Source of the DNA: an uncultured Candidatus Saccharibacteria bacterium
GTDB taxonomy: Bacteria > Patescibacteriota > Minisyncoccia > UBA6257 > UBA9933
Direction: 5' to 3'
DNA: 61,951 nucleotides
NCBI GenBank assembly: GCA_964453135.1
Contig: CAYVOL010000004.1
Location: 1 to 61,951 of the forward strand
The position numbers were made by a program, and so were the translations under genes. Numbering within the stretch: position 1 is the stretch's first letter; the number at the start of each line of letters is the position of its first letter. The notes beneath the pieces were generated by a model, which saw nothing but the letters and a program-made list of their open reading frames with translations, was not told the origin of the DNA and ran no database searches. Shown piece after piece: positions 25,224 through 34,340 of the stretch.

Positions 25224-26519
25224 ATGTCGGCTATCAAGAACAAAACCGGGTTGTTTTTTATTGTCTTTCTGTCGGCGTTGCCGCTGATTTTTTGGGCTTC
25301 TTTGAAGCCAATCAGCGAGAGATTTTCCAGTTTTCCGATTGCCTTGACAAGTTTGGGGCAAATTGCCGGATTAACGGGAATGGCGCTGTTCGCTCTGGCT
25401 TTGATTTTAAGCAGCCGGCTGAAATTTTTTGAAGACTATTTCGGCGGGCTGGATAAGTTATATTTTACTCATAAGACCGCGGGCATCGCGGCTTTTGTGT
25501 TCCTTCTTTTTCATCCGCTTTTTCTTGCCGGAAGTTATTTTTTTGTTTCCGCCCGGGAAGCCGCCTTGTTTTTATTGCCGTCAGACAACTGGACGCTGAA
25601 TTTCGGCATTTTTTCCTTGCTTTTGATGATACTGCTTGTTATTTTGATTTTTTTCGTTAAACTGCCGTATCAGGTATGGAAATTTTCCCATAAATTTATG
25701 GGACTGTCTTTTTTTCTTGCCGGCCTGCATGCTTTTCTCGTGCCCAGCGATATTTCGCGAGCTATGCCCTTGAAAATTTATATGTTTAGTTTGTCATTTA
25801 CCGGACTGGTCTTCTATTTTTACCGCGCTGTTCTCGGAAAATTTCTAGTGAAAAAAACGGAGTATGAAGTTAAGAGCGTTCGGCTGCTGGGCGGGCAAAT
25901 TATGGAAATAGAAATGTTGCCTAAAAATCAGCCGATAGAATTTTTATCCGGACAATTTGTCTTTGTTCAATTTTTTCAAAAAGGAATAAGCCGCGAAGTT
26001 CATCCGTTCTCCATTGGTTCTTCTCCGAAAAACCAAACTTTGAAAATAGCCGTAAAAATTTTGGGAGATTATACCGCTCAGTTAAAAAATTTGAAAAGCG
26101 GAGCGTTGGCGAAAGTGGAAGGACCTTTCGGGAAATTTTTCTCCCGCGGCTTGTCCGACAAAAAGCAGATTTGGATTGCCGGAGGCATCGGCATCACTCC
26201 GTTTTTAAGCAAAGCAAGAGCCGGCGATTTTGACCGCGAAATTGATTTATATTATTGTGTTAACGATGAAAAAGAAGCGGTATTTCTCGGGGAACTTTTG
26301 GAAATTTCCAAAAACAGCAATTATTTTAAGGCCGCGCCGTTTTTTTCTTCCGACCGCGGATTTTTAACCGCTTCTCTGGTGGAAAAATCAAGCGGCTTAA
26401 AAGGGAAGGATATTTTTCTTTGCGGTCCGCCTCTAATGATGAGAAATTTGAAAAAACAATTTAAGGAATTGGGAGTTCCCGGAGAAAATATCCATTCCGA
26501 AGAATTTCAGCTGGCATAA
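25224..26519 (+). CDS. Ferric-reductase/NOX-like transmembrane flavocytochrome (TM heme domain plus FAD- and NAD(P)H-binding domains)
   Basis: His pairs THK...FHP and SHK...LHA in TM helices; HPFSI, AGGIGITPF, LCGPP.M and C-terminal HSEEF. Confidence 0.88.
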   Translation: MSAIKNKTGLFFIVFLSALPLIFWASLKPISERFSSFPIALTSLGQIAGLTGMALFALALILSSRLKFFEDYFGGLDKLYFTHKTAGIAAFVFLLFHPLFLAGSYFFVSAREAALFLLPSDNWTLNFGIFSLLLMILLVILIFFVKLPYQVWKFSHKFMGLSFFLAGLHAFLVPSDISRAMPLKIYMFSLSFTGLVFYFYRAVLGKFLVKKTEYEVKSVRLLGGQIMEIEMLPKNQPIEFLSGQFVFVQFFQKGISREVHPFSIGSSPKNQTLKIAVKILGDYTAQLKNLKSGALAKVEGPFGKFFSRGLSDKKQIWIAGGIGITPFLSKARAGDFDREIDLYYCVNDEKEAVFLGELLEISKNSNYFKAAPFFSSDRGFLTASLVEKSSGLKGKDIFLCGPPLMMRNLKKQFKELGVPGENIHSEEFQLA

Positions 26520-26529
26520 AATTAAATTT

Positions 26530-26991
26530 ATGATGAAAAGAATAGTTTTTGTTTCGTTGTTTATTTTCGCGATAGCGGTCGCGATAATTTTGACCGCAGG
26601 CCTGGCCTTTTATAAGAAGGAGAACGGAAAAGATGTTTTCTTTCCGTCGCCGCCGGCGGAGTCAAGCGCGGCTTTCCAATCAAGCGGTTCCGGTAAAATT
26701 GAAAACAGCAAAACAGGCCAGGCCGGCGTTTTGTCTTCCAAAGAAGTAGCGAAGCATAATTCCTCAGGCGATTGCTGGCTGATTATTGACGGCAAAGTTT
26801 ACGATGTTTCTTCTTATATAGATTATCACCCCGGAGGACCGGAGGCTATTATTCCTTATTGCGGCAAAGATGCTACTCGGGCTTTCCAAACAAAAGATAG
26901 AGAAGAATCCCGAAACCATTCGTCTCGGGCGTACAATTTGCTGAAAAATTATTATGTCGGCGATTTGAACCGGCAAACGGCCAATAACTGA
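26530..26991 (+). CDS. Membrane-anchored cytochrome b5-like heme-binding protein
   Basis: N-terminal TM; HN...DCW.IIDGKVYDV....HPGG...GKDAT..F....HS..A...L..YYVG. Confidence 0.9.
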   Translation: MMKRIVFVSLFIFAIAVAIILTAGLAFYKKENGKDVFFPSPPAESSAAFQSSGSGKIENSKTGQAGVLSSKEVAKHNSSGDCWLIIDGKVYDVSSYIDYHPGGPEAIIPYCGKDATRAFQTKDREESRNHSSRAYNLLKNYYVGDLNRQTANN

Positions 26992-27012
26992 TTTGGCCAG
27001 CCGGCAATGGAC

Positions 27013-27040
27013 GCACCAAAATAAGCCCCTTGTTCGTATT
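27013..27040 (+). promoter_or_regulatory. Putative ECF-sigma promoter, copy 2
   Basis: GCACCAAAA-N13-CGTA, as at 25172. Confidence 0.55.
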
Positions 27041-27047
27041 AGTCAGT

Positions 27048-27449
27048 ATGGCAGGGAACCGCGGTAAAAAAATATTTTCTCGCGTTCCGCTTGGGTCGCC
27101 AGCGGAGCTTTTGAACAAAATAATGGCCCGTGTCCGCGAGGAGGAAAAATTTTTTGCCAAAAGACAGATTTTTATTTTTTCCGCTGTTGTCGCCTCGGCT
27201 GCCGCGATTTTTCTTCCCGCTCTCGGCATTTTCCGTCAGGAATTTTTTCAAACAGGGTTTTTCCAATTTTTACCGCTTTTGTTTTCCGATTTCGGAGCCA
27301 TAGCGGGTAATTGGCAGGACTTCGGTTTGCTTCTGCTGGAATCGTTTCCAGCGGCGAGCATAGCTGTTTTTCTGACAGGGGCTTTTATTTTGCTTTGGTC
27401 GTCAAAAAATTTTTTCCGAGCAATAAAAACTTTTTCTTATGGATACTGA
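27048..27449 (+). CDS. Hypothetical membrane protein, possible anti-sigma factor (start ATG 27048)
   Basis: Short N-terminal P.EL..KIM.RV segment followed by TM helices; downstream of the ECF sigma. Function is inferred. Confidence 0.55.
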   Translation: MAGNRGKKIFSRVPLGSPAELLNKIMARVREEEKFFAKRQIFIFSAVVASAAAIFLPALGIFRQEFFQTGFFQFLPLLFSDFGAIAGNWQDFGLLLLESFPAASIAVFLTGAFILLWSSKNFFRAIKTFSYGY

Positions 27450-27978
27450 CAAAACGTCAAAAGGTAAAAACGAATTTTCGTCGCTTTCCGTTGCTAATAA
27501 TTTTTGTCAATCAAAAAAATTCAGGATTGTTTTGGCGGCGGTCGGCTGCCTGATTGTTTTGATTATTGTGTTTAAAACCGGAGAATTTGTGGGGTACAGA
27601 AAGGCGCGTTTTTTTGAGCGGTGGGGGGAAAATTATCATCGCAATTTCGGCGGTCCGCGCGATGGATTTTTTCCTAGTTTCCGGTATGATTTTGATGATA
27701 GCACGCCGTTTGGCGCTTCTTTCAGCGCCCCTTCCAGTATTCACGGCGTTTTCGGAACAATCATCAAGATTGACAACACGGCCAGCTCAACGTTTTTGAC
27801 TGTTAAAGGAGAAGACAATATGGAAAAAATTGTTTCTCTTTCCGATAATACGACTATTGTCAGCCGCCGCGACATTATCAAAGCATCGGAACTTAAAATT
27901 GACGACCGCGTGGCAGTCATCGGCGCTCCCAATGAGCAGGGACAAATTGAAGCCAAATTTATCCGGGTATTTCGGTAA
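27439..27978 (+). CDS. Membrane-anchored protein with DUF5666-like C-terminal domain
   Basis: One TM, then GTIIKID...T.I......LKI.D.V.VIG.PN..G.IEAK.IR. Confidence 0.65.
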   Translation: MDTDKTSKGKNEFSSLSVANNFCQSKKFRIVLAAVGCLIVLIIVFKTGEFVGYRKARFFERWGENYHRNFGGPRDGFFPSFRYDFDDSTPFGASFSAPSSIHGVFGTIIKIDNTASSTFLTVKGEDNMEKIVSLSDNTTIVSRRDIIKASELKIDDRVAVIGAPNEQGQIEAKFIRVFR

Positions 27979-27994
27979 TTTCGCCGTATAATTT

Positions 27995-29722
27995 ATGACA
28001 CCCCAATTCATTAAAAAAATTTTATCCAACAAGATATGGCTCACCGGCGCCGTTGTTTTGGTTTTGGCGTTGGGCTATGGCGGGTATAAATACTTTTTCA
28101 GCGGCAATCCGGCCCCTCAATATGTTTCTTCCCAGATACAAAAAGGGACAATTGTTGCTTCTGTTTCCGGCACCGGACAAGTTTCCAATTCCAGCCAAAT
28201 AGACATTAAATCCAAAGTTTCCGGAGACGTTGTTTATATCGGCGCGCGAAACGGCCAAGAGGCGGGGTCTGGTCAGCTTCTGCTTCAATTAGACGACGTT
28301 GACGCGCAGAAAGCATTGCGCGACGCCCGGACCAATCTTGATTCCGCCAAGCTGGCTCTGGAAAAACTAAAAGAGCCGCCGGACGCTTATTCTCTTTTGC
28401 AGGCGGAAAACGCTGTGGCGCAAGCCAAAGATTCTCGGAAAAGCGCGCAGGACAATCTGCAAAGCGCTTACGAAGATAGGTTCAATTCCGTTGCCAACAC
28501 TTTTGTTGATTTGCCTCCGATGATGAGCGGATTGCAGGACATTCTTTTTTCCACGGCGCTTTCCGGCGGCCTTCAGCAGAATGTTGATTATTATTCTTCG
28601 GCCGTGCAAAGTTATGACTCGGCCGTTTTAACGCTTCGCGACGATGTTAGGGACAAATATAATTTAAGCCGCCAGGCCTATGATAAAAATTTCAGCGATT
28701 ACAAACTGATTTCCCGGTTTTCTGACCAGACGACAATTGCCGGCATCACCAATGAAACTTACCAGACATCCAAACTTATCGCCGACGCCCTCAAGGGCGC
28801 CGCTAATCTTATCCAGTTTTATCAGGACAAATTAACCGAGCATAATCTCAAAATTAATCCCGCTTCCAATACCCAGCTGGCCAGCTTAAACGCTTTTGTC
28901 GGCCAGATTAATTCGCACCTTTCCAGCCTTTTGTCAATTCAAAACAGCATTCAATCTTACAGCGACGCCGTTACCGCTGCCGAACGTTCCATTTCCGAAA
29001 AACAAGCGGCTTTGGATAAACTGAAAGCCGGTCCCGACGTTTTGGATATTCAATCAGCCGAGTTGACTGTTAAGCAGCGGGAAAACGCGCTCTTGGACGC
29101 CAAAAAAAATCTTGACGATTACTATATCCGAGCGCCGTTTGAAGGCATTGTCGCCAAAATAAATTTTGACAAAGCGGAAACAGTTGCCGCGGGAGCGAGC
29201 GCGGCGACTTTCATCGTCAAGCGGCAAATTGCGGAAATTTCCCTTAACGAAGTTGACGCGGCAAAAATTAAAATCGGGCAAAAAACGACTTTGACTTTTG
29301 ACGCGGTTCCGGATTTGACCCTTACCGGAAAAGTAACGGAAGTAGACACCATCGGCACGGTTTCGCAGGGTGTAGTTTCTTACAATGTTAAAATCGCGCT
29401 GGACGCTCAAAACGACAAAATCAAGCCGGCGATGAGCGTTTCCGCCAGTATTATCACCGAGGTTAAGCAGGATATTCTTTTAGCGCCCAATGCGGCTGTT
29501 AAATTTGACAGCGCGGGCAATTATGTTGAGGTGCTGGTGAACGGCGCGCCGCAGAAAAAAAATGTTAAAACCGGAATTTCCAATGACAAAGAAACGGAAA
29601 TTATTAGCGGAGTAAACGAAGGAGACGCTGTTATTACCCAGACAATAGCATCTAATAGTCAGTCAGCCCAATCCTCCCAGCAGTCGAGCATTTTCCGGTT
29701 GCCCGGAACAGGCGGGAGATAG
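27995..29722 (+). CDS. Efflux periplasmic adaptor / membrane fusion protein (MacA/HlyD-like) with long coiled-coil hairpin
   Basis: VSGTGQV, KVSG.V, IRAPF.G.V, EVDAAKIKIGQ, V.Y.V...KP.MS, V.TG.SN...TEI.SG. Confidence 0.88.
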   Translation: MTPQFIKKILSNKIWLTGAVVLVLALGYGGYKYFFSGNPAPQYVSSQIQKGTIVASVSGTGQVSNSSQIDIKSKVSGDVVYIGARNGQEAGSGQLLLQLDDVDAQKALRDARTNLDSAKLALEKLKEPPDAYSLLQAENAVAQAKDSRKSAQDNLQSAYEDRFNSVANTFVDLPPMMSGLQDILFSTALSGGLQQNVDYYSSAVQSYDSAVLTLRDDVRDKYNLSRQAYDKNFSDYKLISRFSDQTTIAGITNETYQTSKLIADALKGAANLIQFYQDKLTEHNLKINPASNTQLASLNAFVGQINSHLSSLLSIQNSIQSYSDAVTAAERSISEKQAALDKLKAGPDVLDIQSAELTVKQRENALLDAKKNLDDYYIRAPFEGIVAKINFDKAETVAAGASAATFIVKRQIAEISLNEVDAAKIKIGQKTTLTFDAVPDLTLTGKVTEVDTIGTVSQGVVSYNVKIALDAQNDKIKPAMSVSASIITEVKQDILLAPNAAVKFDSAGNYVEVLVNGAPQKKNVKTGISNDKETEIISGVNEGDAVITQTIASNSQSAQSSQQSSIFRLPGTGGR

Positions 29723-29779
29723 AGTACGATGATTTGCAAGGATTTGTAAGAAATCCGAGCGTTGTTTATATTTCGGAAC

Positions 29780-29963
29780 GAGATCCTTCGTCCGCCAACT
29801 GGCGGACTCAGGATGACGGAAACGGTTAGAATGACGCCTTGTTGTCATTCTGAGCCCCGACCACTTGTCATTCTGAGCGAAGCGAAGAATCTACCATGTC
29901 TTCGTTATGTCATTCTGAATCCGCCAACTGGCGGACTCAGGAGGACAATTAAAACGGGATGAC
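29780..29963. repeat. REP-like cluster inside the exporter operon
   Basis: GATCCTTCG-CCGCCAACTGGCGG-ACTCAGGATGAC tail and three GTCATTCTGA heads. Confidence 0.9.
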
Positions 29964-30013
29964 AATAAAACAACAACGATGAAAAGTGTAAATAATACTA
30001 TGAAATCTCACCG

Positions 30014-30727
30014 ATGATTGAATGCCAAAATATCGTCAAAATTTACAAAAACGGAGATTTGGAAACCTTAGTATTGAAGGATGTTTCTTTCAGAATAGAA
30101 GCGGGAGAGTTTGTGGCGATTATGGGTCCGTCTGGCTCGGGCAAATCAACACTAATGCATCTTTTGGGCTGTCTTGACGCTTTAACTTCGGGAAAATATT
30201 TTTTGGACGGCCATGATGCCTCCCGGCTTTCCGAAGACGAGCTGGCGAAAATCCGCAATCAAAAAATCGGTTTTGTTTTTCAGTCTTTTAATTTGCTCCC
30301 GCGCGCCGATGTCGTGCGCAACGTCAGTTTGCCTTTGATTTACAGCGGAGTAGAGAAAAAGAAGCGCGATGAAGCGGCGAAGGCGTCTTTAACGGCCGCG
30401 GCTTTTCCGGAAAATTTTTGGTTTCATCTGCCTAATCAATTATCCGGCGGAATGATGCAAAGAGTGGCTATTGCCCGCGCTCTGGTTAATAATCCGGCGC
30501 TCGTTTTGGCGGACGAGCCGACCGGAAATTTAGATACTAAAACCGGCGAAATGGTGCTGGATACTTTTCAGCGCCTTAATGCGGAACAAGGTCGCACTGT
30601 TGTTTTAATCACGCACGAGCTTTACGTGGCGGAACACGCCCGGCGGATAATTCATATCCGCGACGGAAAAATTATCAGCGACGAGAACGTAAAACATAGA
30701 AAAATAGCCAATCATCACACGTTTTAA
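30014..30727 (+). CDS. ABC transporter ATP-binding protein (MacB/LolD-like)
   Basis: [44 protein letters not shown]. Confidence 0.93.
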   Translation: MIECQNIVKIYKNGDLETLVLKDVSFRIEAGEFVAIMGPSGSGKSTLMHLLGCLDALTSGKYFLDGHDASRLSEDELAKIRNQKIGFVFQSFNLLPRADVVRNVSLPLIYSGVEKKKRDEAAKASLTAAAFPENFWFHLPNQLSGGMMQRVAIARALVNNPALVLADEPTGNLDTKTGEMVLDTFQRLNAEQGRTVVLITHELYVAEHARRIIHIRDGKIISDENVKHRKIANHHTF

Positions 30728-30864
30728 AAATTCAAAATCCAAAATGAAAATCTCAAAATGACAATTAGAAATCCAAAATCATTTTTACCTTCCGCTATTC
30801 AATTTCATTTTTAATTTTACATTGTCATTTTGCATTTTGAGATTTAAGTTTTTCACTTATTAAG

Positions 30865-32076
30865 ATGACTTTTCGCGATTTATTTTTTGAAACAATTATT
30901 TCTTTAAGCGCCAATAAAGTTCGTTCTAGTTTGACTATTTTAGGCATTGTTATCGGCATTGCTTCGGTGGTGGCCATGCTTTCTATCGGCCAGGGCGCGA
31001 AAAACTCCATTCAATCAAGCATTGAAGGGCTTGGTTCTAATCTGCTGACGATTTTGCCGGGCATTGTTCAGCCGGGCCGGGGGATTATTTCCGCGGGCAG
31101 AGGCACGGCGCAAACTTTAAAGAACGCCGACCTTGACGCGTTGAAACAAGTCAATACTATTTCCGCGATTTCGCCCGAAGTCCAGCGCCGTTTTCAGGTA
31201 GCGGCTTCTACCGGCAATAACACTAACACCACCGTGTCCGGCGTCGAGCCGGCTTATGTTTTCGTCCGCAATGTTTCTTTGGCAAAGGGAAGTTTTATTT
31301 CTGAAAGTAACTTGCGCAGTTTGGGGAAAGTAGCGGTTTTGGGGGCAAACGCGGCGAAAGATCTTTTCGGCGATACTGACCCGATTGATAAAACCGTGCG
31401 CATCAATAAAATTATTTTCCGCGTAGTCGGAGTTCTTAATCCTAAAGGCGGAATAGGATTTTCCGGCCCTGATGACCTGGTGATTATTCCTTTGACCACG
31501 ATGCAGAAAGTTATTGCCGGCGTTGATTATTTAAGTATAATTTCTATCAGCGTTGCCGATAAAGAACAAATGAACGCAACCCGCGATTTAATCAGCAATG
31601 CTTTATTGAGACAGCACCGGGTTATGGAAGCGGATTTTTCCATCATTTCGCAGGAAGATATTTTAGGCGCTTTGTCGCAGGTGGTAAATACTTTTACAAT
31701 TTTCCTTACTTCCATCGCGGGAATTTCGCTGGTTGTTGGCGGCATCGGCATTATGAATATGATGCTTACCACGGTTACCGAGCGTACCCGCGAAATCGGC
31801 TTAAGAAAAGCCATTGGCGCCCGGCGCCGCGACATCAGCCGCCAATTTTTAATGGAAGCAGTGGCGCTTACTTTTTTCGGCGGTTTAGTCGGGATAATTT
31901 TGGGCTGGATTGCTTCTTTGGCGGTATCGCAATTCGCCGGCATTTCCACCAGCGTTTCTTTCATGGCGATTGCTCTGGCATTTGGCGTGGCGGCGGTTAT
32001 CGGAATTGTTTTCGGTTATTATCCCGCGCGCAAAGCCGCTCGCATGAATCCCATTGAGGCGTTAAGATATGAGTAG
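30865..32076 (+). CDS. ABC transporter permease (MacB/FtsX-like)
   Basis: RS.LTILGIVIGIASV, VGGIGIMN.M...VTERTREIG.RKAIGA, YPARKAAR.NPIEALRYE. Confidence 0.93.
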   Translation: MTFRDLFFETIISLSANKVRSSLTILGIVIGIASVVAMLSIGQGAKNSIQSSIEGLGSNLLTILPGIVQPGRGIISAGRGTAQTLKNADLDALKQVNTISAISPEVQRRFQVAASTGNNTNTTVSGVEPAYVFVRNVSLAKGSFISESNLRSLGKVAVLGANAAKDLFGDTDPIDKTVRINKIIFRVVGVLNPKGGIGFSGPDDLVIIPLTTMQKVIAGVDYLSIISISVADKEQMNATRDLISNALLRQHRVMEADFSIISQEDILGALSQVVNTFTIFLTSIAGISLVVGGIGIMNMMLTTVTERTREIGLRKAIGARRRDISRQFLMEAVALTFFGGLVGIILGWIASLAVSQFAGISTSVSFMAIALAFGVAAVIGIVFGYYPARKAARMNPIEALRYE

Positions 32077-32135
32077 TAAAATAGCTACGAATTAATACGA
32101 ATATACGAATAGCAGATAATTAAGCCATACCCTCT

Positions 32136-32729
32136 ATGCGACGCGCCGCAACACGATTTATAATTTATGCCGCGCTGATTTGTTTGTCGGCGCTTTTAAT
32201 CTGGTTATTAATCGCCAACGGCTTTTGGCCAGTGGCAGTGGTAAATTATCAGCCGATTTTTTATCGCGATTGGTCTTTGGGTTACGGAGCCGCTTACAGG
32301 TTTTATGAAAATGAATTAATCCGGAGCAAATCAGACGTAAAAATTCTGGTAGACGAAAAGTATAAGCAGGAATTAAAAAGAGCGTCTTTAGAGTCGCTCA
32401 TTAATGAAAAAATAATTCATCAGGAATTGGTCAGTATGTTTGGCCGGCGTGAACTGGCGCGATTAGTCGGCGGCAAGGTAGACAAAATAGATTTGAACAA
32501 AGAGGAGATGAAAAAGGGGACAGAGCTTTTATACGGCTTGCCTGCCGAAAATTTCAGAAGAATAATTTTAATTCCCAAAGCAGAAGAAGAAATTTTGGGC
32601 GAGAAATTACTGGCTGGCGGAAACAGTTTGATCAACTGGCTGGAATCAGCCAGAGGCGGAATAAAAATCGTATTTTTTGTGAAAGGATATTACTGGGACA
32701 AGAATGGCCTGCAGGTGATTTCTTCCTGA
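32136..32729 (+). CDS. Membrane-anchored protein, SurA N-terminal-domain-like
   Basis: N-terminal TM, P.A.VN...I, L..LI..K.I..E helical pattern. Confidence 0.5.
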   Translation: MRRAATRFIIYAALICLSALLIWLLIANGFWPVAVVNYQPIFYRDWSLGYGAAYRFYENELIRSKSDVKILVDEKYKQELKRASLESLINEKIIHQELVSMFGRRELARLVGGKVDKIDLNKEEMKKGTELLYGLPAENFRRIILIPKAEEEILGEKLLAGGNSLINWLESARGGIKIVFFVKGYYWDKNGLQVISS

Positions 32730-32754
32730 AATTTTTACCAGTTTATTTTTGTCC

Positions 32755-32783
32755 TTGCCAGGGAAACATTTATTGATTAAAAT
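32755..32783 (+). promoter_or_regulatory. Sigma70-type promoter
   Basis: TTGCCA-N17-TAAAAT upstream of the gene at 32883. Confidence 0.6.
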
Positions 32784-32882
32784 AAATCAAAGGTCGATTT
32801 AAATATATTTTATTTTTTGCCTGATTGTTTCAGATATCTTTTTTGACGCGTCTTGTAATAATCGGGCGAGGTGTAAAAAAAT

Positions 32883-33335
32883 ATGAAAGCAAAATTGATT
32901 TCCGTTTTAGGAGTGGCCGCGATTTTGGCGACAACTTTGCCGGTTTTGGCGCAGACGACCTCAACAGGAAGCGGTCATGGCGATGCCACTAGCACTCCTC
33001 CGCGTTTTGACGCGGTTTGTATGCAAACAGCGGTGGATAAGCGGGACAGCGCTATTATCAGCGCCTGGGACGTTTATTCCGCGGCGGTGAAATCCGCTTT
33101 GTCTGCCCGCAAGGATGCTTTGAAGTCTGCATGGGGCATAACTGACGCGAAGGAAAGAAGAGCGGCCATAAAGAAAGCTTGGGCTGATTTTTCTTCTGCT
33201 GTAAGACAAGCCCGCAAAGATTTCAATTCAGCCAGAAAAAGCGCTTGGAAGACTTTCATGGCTGACAGGCGCGCTTGCGGAACAGGAGCGGTCAGAGAAG
33301 ACAATTCCAGTGAAAGAAATGACGCCGCGCTTTAA
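32883..33335 (+). CDS. Hypothetical secreted Ala/Lys/Arg-rich helical protein
   Basis: Signal peptide ending VLA-Q, repeated A.K.AW segments and one Cys pair. Confidence 0.75.
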   Translation: MKAKLISVLGVAAILATTLPVLAQTTSTGSGHGDATSTPPRFDAVCMQTAVDKRDSAIISAWDVYSAAVKSALSARKDALKSAWGITDAKERRAAIKKAWADFSSAVRQARKDFNSARKSAWKTFMADRRACGTGAVREDNSSERNDAAL

Positions 33336-33365
33336 TAAGCAAGGCGCATGCATAATATTCACAAT

Positions 33366-33408
33366 GCACAAAAGAAAAACCCCGATAATCGGGGTTTTTC
33401 TTTTGTGC
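33366..33408. terminator. Bidirectional intrinsic terminator
   Basis: Perfect 20-bp inverted repeat GCACAAAAGAAAAACCCCGA-taa-TCGGGGTTTTTCTTTTGTGC between convergent genes. Confidence 0.85.
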
Positions 33409-33418
33409 TCGCAACGTT

Positions 33419-34141
33419 TTAGGCTGTCGCTATTTGTTTTTTGACTTCTTTCTTTTCGGCTTTTGGTTTGCTGTACCAAATAACCGCGGCCGCCGCGATA
33501 AGAATAACAATCACAACGGGAATAATAACTTTTCGTTTTGCTATTCGGGAAAGCAGGGAAGCGGAAGCCTGATTAGAATTGGAAACCGTAATTTGATTTG
33601 CCTCCGAAGGATTTTCCAAGGGATTGTTTGCCGATAATGATTGGACGTCAACGGAATTATCGGCTGATTGGTTTGCCGGAGCATTCCCCGCTGTTTCTCC
33701 GCCATTTTTTGCGCTTGCCGGCGACTCGGCTAAAGCGTTGGCATTAGTATTAGATTGAGATACTATCTCATTAAGAGTCGCCAAACTGCTTTTTAGCGTC
33801 GCCAATTGAGAGGAAACAGCCGCCTTGTCTGATAATTTATTATTCTGTAATTGTCCTTTGATAATAGCCAGTGTTTTTCCTAATTCAGTCAAGCTTTTTT
33901 CTAAAGCGTTCAGATTGTCGGCGGTCAATACAGAAGAATTTTTTTCCGCTTCCTGGATCTTAGCCAGTTCTTGAAGTTCCGCCAGCCTTGCTTTCATAGT
34001 GCCGAGTTTTTGCTGTAAGCCGGAAATATCACGAGAGTCGGCGGTTGGATTGGCGGTTTGAGCCAATGCGAGAGAAGATCCGAAAAACAAAACCGAACTC
34101 ATTGACAGCGATGTCAGGGCAATAATAGTCAGTTTCTTCAT
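33419..34141 (-). CDS. Hypothetical secreted coiled-coil protein with C-terminal membrane anchor
   Basis: Signal peptide (ALA-Q), heptad-rich middle, low-complexity linker, C-terminal TM plus Lys tail. Confidence 0.75.
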   Translation of the reverse strand: MKKLTIIALTSLSMSSVLFFGSSLALAQTANPTADSRDISGLQQKLGTMKARLAELQELAKIQEAEKNSSVLTADNLNALEKSLTELGKTLAIIKGQLQNNKLSDKAAVSSQLATLKSSLATLNEIVSQSNTNANALAESPASAKNGGETAGNAPANQSADNSVDVQSLSANNPLENPSEANQITVSNSNQASASLLSRIAKRKVIIPVVIVILIAAAAVIWYSKPKAEKKEVKKQIATA

Positions 34142-34340
34142 AAAAATTTATGCGCGTCGTTTATTCTGTCTCGACTTTTATTGATTAAGGATATTTGTCA
34201 AAGAGCAAGCAGAAATAAGGATTTAATTCAGCTGCTTTTTACAAGCAGCGGAAATCCCGCGAATAAGAAAAACTCGAAATTGCTGAATGTATTATAGCAG
34301 ATTATTGAAAATTAAGGCAAACAAAAAAGGAGCTGTTGAG

